29,705 nt of DNA from Armatimonadota bacterium (GCA_043814095.1 JBDRKI010000038.1:1-29705), one strand, 5' to 3'. Numbered from the stretch's first letter, positions 1 through 9,595 are shown. The notes: generated from the letters alone by a model not told the origin. Numbers and translations are program-made.

Positions 1-1760
1 GCGGGCGGCAAATCTCCGGTCTGAGGAACACGAACCGCAAGTGAGGCACGGGCAGTTGGACGAGTTTGCTAAACAAAACAAAGTCCTTGCTATCGAAGGC
101 TGTCCGGAGTAAATGCGGCAGATATATGGGGAGAAAGACAGCGCTCTTACTCGGGGAGGTCTATTAACAAGCTGATTAAATCGGCAACCTGTGTTGTGAA
201 ATACAATTGAGTTAACAGAAGTCAGCAGAAGTCATAGTACCGTGTGTGAGCGCGGGAAGGACTGAACACGAAGAAAGGTAAGTTTATCGTGAGTTCAAAT
301 TGTGAACATAGACAGCAGAAAATTCCGAAGGGAAGTTTGCGGCAACAGAAAGCGGTGAATACGCTGTGTGCTGCCGAAGCGCCGAGTTCGCAAGAGGCAC
401 AAACGCATAAACAAACCTGCGAAGAAGAGAGCTGCTTAATGGAGCAGGTGGTTAGCCGTCAGAACATGTTGTCCGCACTAAAGCGTGTACAACAAAACAA
501 AGGTTCTGCAGGTGAAGATGGTATGCCAGTAAAAGAACTGCCACAATATCTTAAAGAACATTGGGTAGAGATACGACAAAGTCTATTGAATGGCAGTTAC
601 AAACCTAAGCCGATAAGAAGGGTTGAGATACCGAAACCCGACGGAGGCATAAGGCAGTTAGGAATACCCATTGTGCTAGATCGCTTAATCCAACAAGCAA
701 TTCTACAAGTGTTAACGCCGATATTCGACCCGCAGTTTTCCGAGAGTAGTTATGGTTTTCGCCCAAAGAGAAATGCTCATCAAGCTGTGAAGAAAGCGAG
801 AGAATATATCCAAGCAGGAAATATATATGTTGTGGATATAGATATCGAGAAATTCTTTGACAGAGTTAATCACGATATACTGATGAGCAGAGTAGCAATA
901 AAAGTGAGAGACAAACGCATACTACGTCTTATCGGAAAATACCTGCGTTCTGGTGTAATGGTAAATGGTGTTTGCCATGCGACAGAAGAGGGTACGCCGC
1001 AGGGCGGAAGCCTAAGCCCACTGCTTGCGAACATACTGCTGGATGAACTTGATAAAGAACTGGAGAAAAGAGGTCACAAGTTTGTTCGCTATGCAGATGA
1101 TTGCAATATATATGTAGCAAGCAGAAGAAGCGGTTTGCGTGTAATGTCGAGTGTAAAAGCATTTGTGGAAAGAAAGCTAAAGCTGAAAATCAACGAAAGC
1201 AAAAGTGATGTAGAATACTCAAGCAAAAGAAAGTTCTTAGGGTTTTCATTTACATCAGGAAACGAAAATACGTTTAGCGAAACGAATTGTAATACGCGTT
1301 GCAGACAAGATAAAAGCGCTAACTAACCGCAGTAAAGGTTGGAGTATTGAGAAACGAATAAAAGAACTTAATCAATATCTGCGCGACTGGATAGGGTATT
1401 TTCGGATTGCAGAGACGCCAAGCATATTCCAAAGAATAGACAAATGGATAAGAAGGCGTCTGCGAATGTGTCTATTGAAACAATGGAAACTACCGAGAAC
1501 GAAGACGAAGAAGCTAACGGCGCTTGGTATTTCTGCAAAATGGGCAGGATGTATAAGCAACTCCCGCAAAGGGGTATGGCATCTTGCATGCAGTCCCCAA
1601 ATGCACAAAGCCCTAAATCTAGCCTATTGGCAAGAAGCAGGGCTTATCAGCTTAGCTAAAACTCATTACAGACTTTGTCAATCTTTGTGAACCGCCGTAT
1701 GCCGAACGGCTTGTACGGTGGTGTGAGAGGACGGAGGTTAATCGCCTCCTCCTACTCGTT
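1..1760 (+). mobile_element. Group IIC (bacterial class C) intron, 5' end truncated by window edge
   Basis: nt 1-270 resemble IIC DI-DIII (GGTCTGAGGAACACGAAC, CTTACTCGGGGAGGTCT, GAAGTCAGCAGAAGTCATAGTAC...GGGAAGGACTGAAC). Short DV with CGC triad at ~1689-1724 (GAACCGCCGTATGCCGAACGGCTTGTACGGTGGTGT). DVI GAGAGGACGGAGG...CCTCCTCCTACTCG with bulged A. RT ORF in DIV. Confidence 0.95.
439..1690 (+). pseudogene. ltrA: Group II intron reverse transcriptase/maturase, frameshifted at ~1255-1262
   Basis: RT motifs IPKPDGGIRQLGIP, DIEKFFD, GTPQGG, RYADD, FLGF in frame 1 (stop 1326). Thumb/X domain (ETKIRLAK...ELNQYLRDWIGYF...WIRRRLRMCLLKQWK) continues in the +1 frame to TGA 1690. No endonuclease domain. 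Start may be GTG 289 or ATG 439. Confidence 0.9.
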
Positions 1761-1835
1761 TGTATCCAGCAGTTTATATGAATTGTATGTAATATAGAAG
1801 GATTTTTATGCAGATAAAACTAATCTTTCGGAATC

Positions 1836-2726
1836 ATGAAAAAACTACTTACTATTGTAATCATAATCCTTCTTGCGGGGATGTCTTTTGCGGGGGAATA
1901 TTTTACCGTTAAGGATTCTTACGGGAATAAAGTTAAGATAAAGAAATGCCCGCAGAGGATTGTATCTTTAAATCCTTCTGTTACCGAGATACTGTATTCA
2001 TTAGGTCTTGATAATAAAATTGTTGCTGTATCAAATAACTGCAATTATCCCGTTAAAGCTAAAAATAAGCCTAAGATAGGGGATCTTAGCTTAAATTACG
2101 AGAGGATAATCTCTTTAAAGCCTGACATTGTAATAGCAGAAGGCTCTATATTTAAAGATACACTGGATAAACTTAAAAGCTTAAATATTCCTGTATTTCT
2201 CGTAAGCTGTGACAATCTTAAAGAGTTTCAATCCTCTTTTATTATTCTGGGAAAAGCTTTGGGTAAAGAGAGTAAAGCTAAGGAATTAATGAATGCTTTT
2301 AATTATAAGCTGGATAAGATTAAAAAAAGAGCTGTTAATATTAAGGATAAACCTAAGGTCTTTGTTGAGATATGGAACCAGCCCCTTATGACAGCTTCTA
2401 AAGGCACATTTATAGATGAGATAATACAGATTAGCGCAGGGGAGAATATAGCTAAGAATTTAAATAATAAGTATCCCGTTGTGAATACCGAATTTTTGAT
2501 TAAGAATAATCCCGATATTATCATACTTACAACAAATAATCCGGACGATATTTATAATAATAAGGTTTTGAAAAATATAAACGCAGTTAAGAATAAGAAG
2601 GTTTACAAGATAAGCCCTGATATCATAGCAAGACCCACCTTGAGACTTGCAGAAGCCGCCTCCCAGATTTATAATTGGGTATGCAGTTATAAACCATCAT
2701 GTCCCGGGCGAATTTTAACAAGATAA
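1836..2726 (+). CDS. Cobalamin/iron-siderophore ABC transporter substrate-binding protein (BtuF-like)
   Basis: Signal peptide; PQRIVSLNPSVTEILYSLG, NYERIISLKPD, RPTLRL motifs. Confidence 0.9.
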   Translation: MKKLLTIVIIILLAGMSFAGEYFTVKDSYGNKVKIKKCPQRIVSLNPSVTEILYSLGLDNKIVAVSNNCNYPVKAKNKPKIGDLSLNYERIISLKPDIVIAEGSIFKDTLDKLKSLNIPVFLVSCDNLKEFQSSFIILGKALGKESKAKELMNAFNYKLDKIKKRAVNIKDKPKVFVEIWNQPLMTASKGTFIDEIIQISAGENIAKNLNNKYPVVNTEFLIKNNPDIIILTTNNPDDIYNNKVLKNINAVKNKKVYKISPDIIARPTLRLAEAASQIYNWVCSYKPSCPGRILTR

Positions 2727-2735
2727 AAATTTATT

Positions 2736-3746
2736 ATGAAAAATACAGTAATAAAAAAGATAATTACATATAACTTTTCTCTTTTAATTATTCTTATTAT
2801 TTCTATTATTATTTCCCTTAAGCTGGGCTCTGCAGATATAAGCTGGGCTGATATACTTAAAATGGATTCTGATGTATATAAGACGATTATACTCCAGATA
2901 CGGCTTCCCAGGATACTGCTAGCCGGGCTTGTAGGAGCGTCTTTGGCTGTTGCCGGTGTTGCATTCCAGGGTGTTTTAAGAAATGACCTTGCCGATCCGT
3001 ATATAATAGGTACCTCATCCGGCGCCGCTCTGGGTGCGGCAGTAACCATTATGCTGGGTATCGGCGGGCTTCTTAATAATATTCCCCTTATACCGGTAAT
3101 AGCTTTTACCTCATCCCTGCTTACAATGATCATTATTTATCAGATTGCAAGGGTGGGGAATAAGCTTCCCACAGAGACTTTTCTTCTTGCTGGTGTTGTT
3201 ATGGGCGCTTTTTTATGGGCGCTTGTCTCATTTTTATTTATTATGGCGAAAGAAAGTCTGCCGAAAATAATATTCTGGATGATGGGTACTTTTAATTACC
3301 AGGGCTGGAACCATATACTTCTCCTTATCCCTTATTTTTTAATAGCATTTATATTTTTATACATATTAAGCTTCAGGTTAAATATATTTTCTTTGGGAGA
3401 AGAGCACGCGGCTCATCTGGGCATATCTGTTGAGAAGAGTAAGTTCTTGGTTATACTTTTCGCAACCCTTATAACATCAGCGGCTGTTGCGGTAAGCGGT
3501 ATGATAGGTTTTGTGGGTTTGATGGTCCCGCATATTATGAGAAATATTACAGGATCGGACCACAGGCTGCTTTATCCGGTAAGCGCCTTATCGGGTGCTG
3601 TATTTTTAATATGGGCCGATAACCTTTCCAGGCTTTTAATAAGTCCGGCAGAGATACCCGTGGGAGTCATAACCGCGCTTTGCGGTGCGCCGTTTTTCTT
3701 TTATTTGTTAAAGATAAGAAAATCAAAGATTATTACTTTTAAATAG
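2736..3746 (+). CDS. FecCD/BtuC family ABC permease
   Basis: IRLPRILLAGLVGASLAVAG, RNDLADPYIIGTSSGA, GFVGLMVPH, EIPVGVITALCGAPFF. Confidence 0.95.
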   Translation: MKNTVIKKIITYNFSLLIILIISIIISLKLGSADISWADILKMDSDVYKTIILQIRLPRILLAGLVGASLAVAGVAFQGVLRNDLADPYIIGTSSGAALGAAVTIMLGIGGLLNNIPLIPVIAFTSSLLTMIIIYQIARVGNKLPTETFLLAGVVMGAFLWALVSFLFIMAKESLPKIIFWMMGTFNYQGWNHILLLIPYFLIAFIFLYILSFRLNIFSLGEEHAAHLGISVEKSKFLVILFATLITSAAVAVSGMIGFVGLMVPHIMRNITGSDHRLLYPVSALSGAVFLIWADNLSRLLISPAEIPVGVITALCGAPFFFYLLKIRKSKIITFK

Positions 3747-3754
3747 GGATAGAG

Positions 3755-4531
3755 ATGTCAATAAAAATTAAAGATTTATCATTTAGCTATAACGGGGTTG
3801 AAGTGCTTAAAAGCATAAATCTTGATATGCCCGCGGGTAAGATTATAGGGGTGCTGGGTCCTAACGGATCAGGCAAGTCAACTTTGCTGAAACTCCTTAG
3901 CGGGTACCTGCATCCGGGTCAGGGGACAGTGCTTTTAAATGATGAGAATATAGTAAAGATGTCAAACAAGGAAAAAAGCAAGCTCACCTCTTTTGTCGCG
4001 CAGAATTATAATTTTTCTTTTCCTTATTCATGTTATGAATTTATTATGATGGGGCGGTATCCTTTCCTTGGCTACCTGGGATTTGAGACAGAAGAAGATA
4101 TTAATATAGTAAATGAAACCATGAAGCTGACAAACACGGATTATTTAAGAAACAGACTTATAAATACGCTCTCCGGCGGTGAGGCCCAGCGGATCTTGAT
4201 AGCCCAGGCGCTTGCATCTTGCGCGGATATCCTGCTTTTAGATGAGCCCATTAACCACCTTGATATAAAATACCAGATAGAAGTCCTGGATCTTATCAGG
4301 AAGATAAATAAAGAGAATAATATTACAATTGTGATGGCAATTCACGATCTTAACCTGGCATTAATGTACTGTGATGAAGTAATTATGCTTAAAGACGGCT
4401 CTGTTTATTCTCAAGGCATGCCCGGGGATGTTATTTCAAAAGAAAGCATCTTAAAAGTTTTTGGCGTGAATACCGGTTTTGTGGAAAGCAGCGAGGGCAG
4501 ATTTATTATTCCCTTAACGGCAGGCAGATAG
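3755..4531 (+). CDS. ABC transporter ATP-binding protein (BtuD/FecE-like)
   Basis: Walker A GPNGSGKST, LSGGE signature, LLLDEP, HDLN. Confidence 0.95.
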   Translation: MSIKIKDLSFSYNGVEVLKSINLDMPAGKIIGVLGPNGSGKSTLLKLLSGYLHPGQGTVLLNDENIVKMSNKEKSKLTSFVAQNYNFSFPYSCYEFIMMGRYPFLGYLGFETEEDINIVNETMKLTNTDYLRNRLINTLSGGEAQRILIAQALASCADILLLDEPINHLDIKYQIEVLDLIRKINKENNITIVMAIHDLNLALMYCDEVIMLKDGSVYSQGMPGDVISKESILKVFGVNTGFVESSEGRFIIPLTAGR

Positions 4532-4533
4532 TT

Positions 4534-5454
4534 ATGCATATCCCGTCTTATATAAAAACACATAAAGAAGGCGGACTTAAGGAAAAAGCAAATTCCGCTT
4601 ATAAAATAATTCAGAAGTGTAATCTGTGTCCCAGGGAATGCGGCATTAATAGGACAAAGGGCGAGAAGGGTTTCTGCGGTATTTTTGATCTCCCGGTTAT
4701 CTCAAGCGCATTTCCTCATTTTGGCGAAGAGCCTCCTATCTCTGGCTTTTCAGGTTCAGGCACCATATTTTTTTCAGGATGCAACTTAGGGTGTATATTC
4801 TGCCAGAATTATGATATAAGTCACCTTCGTGACAGTCATGAAGGGGAAGGGTATGAGATAAGCATACCCGAGCTTGCGGATTATATACTTTCTCTCCAGG
4901 ATAAAGGCTGTCATAATATTAATTTTGTCACCCCGACCCACCAAGTTCCGTTTATTCTTGATGCGCTGTGTATCGCTGTTAAGAAGGGATTAAAAATCCC
5001 GCTTGTTTATAACTGCGGGGGATACGAATCCGTTAAAACAATAAAACTGCTGGAAGGCGTCTTTGATATTTATATGCCTGATTTTAAATTTTGGGATGAA
5101 GTTTACGCGGAAAAATTCTGCCGCGTAAAAGATTACAGAAAAAACGCCAAAGAGTCCATAAAAGAAATGCACCGGCAGACGGGGGATTTAAAGCTTGATG
5201 ATAAAAGCATCGCTTATAAAGGAGTGCTTGTCAGGCATCTTGTAATGCCGGAAGATATTGCCGGGACATATGAGGTCTGCAAATTTTTAAATAATGAAAT
5301 TTCTCCCGGCACTTATATTAATATAATGGATCAGTACAGGCCCTGTTATAAAGCATATGATTATCCGGAAATCTCAAGAAGCATAAACGGTAAAGAGTAT
5401 TCTGCGGCCGTTAAAAATTGTTTAAAAAGCGGTTTACATAGACTTAGTAAATAG
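4534..5454 (+). CDS. Radical SAM protein, PflX/pyruvate formate-lyase activating enzyme-like
   Basis: CNLCPREC N-terminal Cys motif; HFGEEPPISG; CxxxCxxC (CNLGCIFCQN); HNINFVTPTH; DIYMPDFK. Confidence 0.9.
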   Translation: MHIPSYIKTHKEGGLKEKANSAYKIIQKCNLCPRECGINRTKGEKGFCGIFDLPVISSAFPHFGEEPPISGFSGSGTIFFSGCNLGCIFCQNYDISHLRDSHEGEGYEISIPELADYILSLQDKGCHNINFVTPTHQVPFILDALCIAVKKGLKIPLVYNCGGYESVKTIKLLEGVFDIYMPDFKFWDEVYAEKFCRVKDYRKNAKESIKEMHRQTGDLKLDDKSIAYKGVLVRHLVMPEDIAGTYEVCKFLNNEISPGTYINIMDQYRPCYKAYDYPEISRSINGKEYSAAVKNCLKSGLHRLSK

Positions 5455-5525
5455 AGTAAAATATTAGAAAGAGGATTTTGAAAATTTATTAAAGAAGTTA
5501 AATTTTAAAACTGCCGGGGGACATA

Positions 5526-5813
5526 ATGCATCAATTTGCAAATACAGATAACGCGTATAGAGGATACAGCAGTACATTAAGATACTCCCGTTTAACTTAT
5601 AAAGACGATATATTTTATCTGAACCAGATCATAACCGCGCCTTACTGTTTCGGTCTCGGGAACAATAAAAAAGACGGAAAAAAAGCAAATACAAGGCCGC
5701 GCAGGACTAAATTTTACAGGATAAAAACCATGCACGGCCAGATATGTAATATAAATATGGACAGCGCGGCAAAAACAGAAACGGTAAATAAGCTGTATTC
5801 CTATTATAATTAA
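5526..5813 (+). CDS. Hypothetical protein (95 aa)
   Basis: ORF fills the intergenic gap and has a GGGGG RBS; no recognisable motif. Confidence 0.5.
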   Translation: MHQFANTDNAYRGYSSTLRYSRLTYKDDIFYLNQIITAPYCFGLGNNKKDGKKANTRPRRTKFYRIKTMHGQICNINMDSAAKTETVNKLYSYYN

Positions 5814-5887
5814 TCATAACGGCCGGACTTTTTAAAATTAAATCACATTTTTAATACCAGTTAATTTTATATTTAAAGAGGTGAATT

Positions 5888-6682
5888 ATGAAAGCTATAA
5901 TTTTAGCTGCAGGTTATGCGGTAAGACTGCGTCCTTTGACTTTAAACAAGCCCAAACCGCTTTTGCCTATAAACAAAAAACCCATTGTTGACTATATTAT
6001 GAAGCACATAAAGAAGATAAAAGAGATTGATGAGGTTCTTATTGTTACGAATGACAAATTTAGCAAAAACTTTAACTTCTGGAAAAAGAAAATCAAAGCC
6101 GCTTCTCCTAAAATAACGGTAATAAATGACGGCACAAAAAGCGACGCGGATAAATTAGGCGCTATAGGCGACATAAGGTATACGCTAAATAAGGGCAAAG
6201 TAAAAGATGATGTCCTTATAATAGCAGGGGATAATATTTTTGAGTTTGATATGAAAAAGTTTTTTGACTTTTTTAAGAGTAAGAAAAATATAGTCGCTTT
6301 AAAATATGTAAAGAACAAAAAACTTCTCCCCCACTACGGCATTGTTAAAGTGGATAAAAACAAGCGCATGACGAGCTTTGAGGAAAAACCCCAAAAACCC
6401 AAATCCAACCTTGCTTCAATATGCTGCTATTTCTTTGAAAAAGGAACCCTGAAATACGTGGATAAATATTTAAAGAATAAATTAAATAAAGACGCACCGG
6501 GCAACTTTATAGCGTGGCTGCACAAACAGATTCCCGTTTACGGCTTCATATTCAAAGAAGGCTGGTTTGATATAGGAGATATGGGGTCATATAAGAGAGC
6601 CGACAGGTTATATGCAAAAAAAGCTAAAACAAAAACTAAAGTGAAAAATAAAAAACGTAAAAAAGTTTTAACTTCGGCGTAG
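5888..6682 (+). CDS. Sugar-phosphate nucleotidyltransferase family protein
   Basis: MKAIILAAGYAVRLRPLT..PKPLL, IAGDN, FEEKP, WFDIG; GAGGTG RBS. Confidence 0.9.
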   Translation: MKAIILAAGYAVRLRPLTLNKPKPLLPINKKPIVDYIMKHIKKIKEIDEVLIVTNDKFSKNFNFWKKKIKAASPKITVINDGTKSDADKLGAIGDIRYTLNKGKVKDDVLIIAGDNIFEFDMKKFFDFFKSKKNIVALKYVKNKKLLPHYGIVKVDKNKRMTSFEEKPQKPKSNLASICCYFFEKGTLKYVDKYLKNKLNKDAPGNFIAWLHKQIPVYGFIFKEGWFDIGDMGSYKRADRLYAKKAKTKTKVKNKKRKKVLTSA

Positions 6683-6696
6683 TAAGAGGCTTATCT

Positions 6697-7251
6697 ATGA
6701 TTTATTTTGAAAAAGCGGGCGAGCACAATACTGAAGACACTTTGAAGGCCGCAAAAGAAGAGGCGTTAAAAAGGGATATAAAGCACGTGGTGATTGCTTC
6801 AACAAGAGGCAATACCGCGCGCCTTGCGGCAGAATTTTTTAAAGGCGCAGGATTAAACCTGGTTATAGTAACGCATAATACGGGTTTTAAAGAACCCGGA
6901 GTACAGGAATTTGATCCCGGGTTGAAAAATGATCTGGAAGCCAGAGGCATTAAAGTGCATACAGGTACAATGGTATTAAGGAATTTAGGCAGATCTATTA
7001 AAAATATATTAGGATACTGCCAGGAAGAATTAGTTAATACTGCTTTAAGGATGTTCGGACAGGGCACAAAGGTTTGTATAGAAATAGCGGCTTCTTCATG
7101 TGATGCCGGGCTTGTGCCTCCTGAGGATATAATTGCGGTGGCGGGCACGGGAAAAGGGGCTGATACCGCTGTTATAATAAAGGCAGATTCTTCCAATAAT
7201 TTCATGGAAATGAAGGTAAGGAGCTATATTGCCAAGCCCCGGGAGTTTTAG
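6697..7251 (+). CDS. Stand-alone pyruvate kinase C-terminal (alpha/beta) domain protein
   Basis: YFEKAGEHNT, VVIASTRGNTA, LRMFGQGTKVCIEI, AGTGKGADTA typical of MTH1675-like family. Confidence 0.85.
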   Translation: MIYFEKAGEHNTEDTLKAAKEEALKRDIKHVVIASTRGNTARLAAEFFKGAGLNLVIVTHNTGFKEPGVQEFDPGLKNDLEARGIKVHTGTMVLRNLGRSIKNILGYCQEELVNTALRMFGQGTKVCIEIAASSCDAGLVPPEDIIAVAGTGKGADTAVIIKADSSNNFMEMKVRSYIAKPREF

Positions 7252-7346
7252 ATTGAAAATCGTTATTTTAGGCCAAAAAGTATTAATTTTGGGCTGATTT
7301 TTCTTGATAAACTGCACCCGATTGAGCATTATAAAAAGGTCAAAAT

Positions 7347-7411
7347 GTTAACAAAAAGTTAACATTTTGTTAACATTTTGGCAACATCTATATACTATAC
7401 TATGCTATAAT
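7347..7411 (+). promoter_or_regulatory. 11-bp-periodic GTTAAC operator array plus -10 boxes
   Basis: GTTAAC at 7347, 7358, 7369 and GGCAAC at 7380; TATACT 7396 and TATAAT 7406. Confidence 0.65.
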
Positions 7412-7459
7412 TAAAGTAGGAAAAAAGGAAACTCATTTGCATTTGAGGATGTGATTAGT

Positions 7460-7951
7460 ATGATACAATTTTTAGCACCGATAGTAGGCGGCCTGCTTGG
7501 CCAGATGTTAATGCCTAAAGCTGCGCAGCCGCAGATGAATGCGGGCGGTATGGATATTACCCAGATGGGTCTGCCTGGAGCAGTACCCAGTATGTCACCT
7601 GTAAATAACGGCTTTAACTGGGCATCCATGCTGGGCGGAGTTCTGTCAGCCGCATTAGGCGGCGGCCAGATGTCTCCTTTCGGCATGATGGGCGGCGGCG
7701 GCATGATGGGTGGCGGAATGATGGGCGGAATGGGCAACCCGTTTTCACTTGGTTCCATGATGGGCGGCCTCGGCGGATTTTTCTCGCCTTCACCCACGCT
7801 TATGGGCCTCGGAGCTCCGGGCGGGAGCCTCTATCCCAAAACAACGGCAGCCGTGAATGAAATGGTGGAAACAATAAACAGTGGCGGCCAGAGCCAGTAT
7901 GCTGACGCCAACATGAATCTGCTTGATTCAGTCCCGGATATACTTTCATAA
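7460..7951 (+). CDS. Gly/Met-rich low-complexity hypothetical protein
   Basis: ORF (GTG 7451 or ATG 7460 after GAGGATGTGA RBS) with GGGGMMGGGMMGGMG repeats; own promoter and terminator. Confidence 0.8.
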   Translation: MIQFLAPIVGGLLGQMLMPKAAQPQMNAGGMDITQMGLPGAVPSMSPVNNGFNWASMLGGVLSAALGGGQMSPFGMMGGGGMMGGGMMGGMGNPFSLGSMMGGLGGFFSPSPTLMGLGAPGGSLYPKTTAAVNEMVETINSGGQSQYADANMNLLDSVPDILS

Positions 7952-7973
7952 AAATTAATAAGTAACAGATAAA

Positions 7974-8015
7974 AAATAGAACCCCGTTATAAATTTTAAA
8001 CGGGGTTTTTTATTT
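7974..8015 (+). terminator. Intrinsic terminator
   Basis: AAATAGAACCCCGTT / AACGGGGTTTTTTATTT inverted repeat with T tract. Confidence 0.85.
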
Positions 8016-8094
8016 ACTTCTTTTCTTTTTTTTCTGCAGGACAATTTTGCGAATTTTAGAAGTTTTATTATATATTATAGAGATATAGAGGAGA

Positions 8095-9588
8095 GTGGAT
8101 ATGGAAACAGATAATAAGTTTATTTCTAATTTTCTTATTCTCAAAATAGTTTTAGTCATAATATCTCTTTTTGCTTTTCTGGTAAAAAAAGACGCTGTCT
8201 TTTTTGTCGCTGGATTCCTTGTTTATTCGGTTTCGTTTTTAATCTATTATTTCCTGAACAGAGGATTTAATAAAGAAAAGCCGGAGGGCAGGCAGGCGTT
8301 TATTGCCTTAAACCCTTCATTTATAAGTACGGCTTTAGTATTGATTGTTCTTTATTATATATGTAAGACTGTTGATATATCGGCAACTCGTGTGCCTCTT
8401 TTGTTGTTCGGGCTGGGACTTGCGTCTGATGCGTTATTTGTTGTTCTGGCCGGCAGAAAGATGTCTTTAAAAAATGCCGTAGTAAATGCCGCATCTTCCA
8501 TGCAGTCGGGTTTTTACCTGCATATAGCCGTTATTTTTTCCGTTATTCTGGGTTCTTATCATTTCTCGGGAGATAGTTATTTACCCTTACTTCCTTTCTA
8601 CTTCACGGTATTTGCTTTTGCCCTGTGCCTTGTATTCAGCATTATCATGAATACCGGCATGAAGCCTTCGGCAAGCAATATACTGCATTTCGTATATGCG
8701 GTTCTGCTTCTGATTCTCGGCTTTTTTGTGGTAAAGATGATTGTGAAAGATATTAATTATTTTTACTGTATTGCCGCGGGTATTGTGTCCGCGTTTGTTA
8801 TTTCACTTGTTTCCTGTTATAACGAAAGCGAAGATAAATCTATTAATTTATCAGTGCTTGCGGTATTAATACTGGTTGGAATATTATGGGCCTCTTTTAA
8901 ATTTGCCAGAGGGTACGGCCTATCGTTGTGCGCCGTGGGTTTTCTTGCGGATCTTCTGCTTCTTCTTCCTTTTATGGTGTATAAATATAATAATGAAGAA
9001 GGATCCCTGTTCAAGAATGCCGTTAAAGTTTTAACCGTTGCGGGTTTTGTTTTAATCCTAGTTTTAAACGTAAGGATATTTATACAATTTACCAGATTGT
9101 ATGAAATAGGGATAAACTTAAACAACGGTTATTTTATAGTAGGGGTTATGCTGGGGTTATTTCTTCCTCTTATTATTGAAATTGACGCCTTGTTTAATCC
9201 CTTTAAAAGCAGTATCAGCAGGGTGTCGGGATTATTTTTTACGGGCTTTAATTATATCGCGCTGCTTATTCTGGCGGGATTTTCTATTGTGTGTGTGACC
9301 ATGTTTCTCGGGATAGAACCTTTAGCCGCGGTATTAATAGGTCTTATTGCTGCGGGAGCCGTATCGTTTATACATTTATTTAAGTATAAAATTGATGATC
9401 CGGTATGGAATACATCCCTGGGTTCTTTATGGATTATTATAGGCATTGCTGCATATCCCGTTATGAGAACCTTAACCCCGGTTCTGGGTGATATATCCAG
9501 GATACAGAAGATAGGTATGGTTCTGGTATTGTTATTAATCGTGCTTGTGTTCTATGTGGCCGGCGGTTACAGCAGAAAACAGGCCTAG
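8095..9588 (+). CDS. Polytopic membrane protein resembling membrane pyrophosphatase (HppA) TM scaffold without catalytic loops
   Basis: Many hydrophobic segments; colinear HppA-like helices (LLFGLGLASDALF, GYGLSLCAVGFLA, INLNNGYFIVGVMLGLFLP, LGIEPLAAVLIGLIAAG); acidic catalytic motifs absent. Confidence 0.7.
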   Translation: MDMETDNKFISNFLILKIVLVIISLFAFLVKKDAVFFVAGFLVYSVSFLIYYFLNRGFNKEKPEGRQAFIALNPSFISTALVLIVLYYICKTVDISATRVPLLLFGLGLASDALFVVLAGRKMSLKNAVVNAASSMQSGFYLHIAVIFSVILGSYHFSGDSYLPLLPFYFTVFAFALCLVFSIIMNTGMKPSASNILHFVYAVLLLILGFFVVKMIVKDINYFYCIAAGIVSAFVISLVSCYNESEDKSINLSVLAVLILVGILWASFKFARGYGLSLCAVGFLADLLLLLPFMVYKYNNEEGSLFKNAVKVLTVAGFVLILVLNVRIFIQFTRLYEIGINLNNGYFIVGVMLGLFLPLIIEIDALFNPFKSSISRVSGLFFTGFNYIALLILAGFSIVCVTMFLGIEPLAAVLIGLIAAGAVSFIHLFKYKIDDPVWNTSLGSLWIIIGIAAYPVMRTLTPVLGDISRIQKIGMVLVLLLIVLVFYVAGGYSRKQA

Positions 9589-9595
9589 ATATATA

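Noticed and set aside
289-1690. RT as retron, DGR or CRISPR-associated, or a programmed frameshift
   Set aside because: Flanked by group IIC RNA domains; the shift is +1 with no canonical slippery heptamer
1701-1718. UU rather than AC bulge in DV of both group II introns as a sign of decay
   Set aside because: GCTTGTACGG-type DV variants occur in functional introns; not diagnostic
7347-7385. GTTAAC repeats as CRISPR array or replication iterons
   Set aside because: 6-bp units with 5-bp spacers and no cas or rep genes; no CRISPR array seen in the window
7379-7395. TGGCA as sigma-54 -24 element
   Set aside because: No TTGC -12 box at the required spacing
7411-7797. Pro-rich 128-aa minus-strand ORF
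   Set aside because: Antisense mirror of Gly codons; promoter, RBS and terminator support the plus strand
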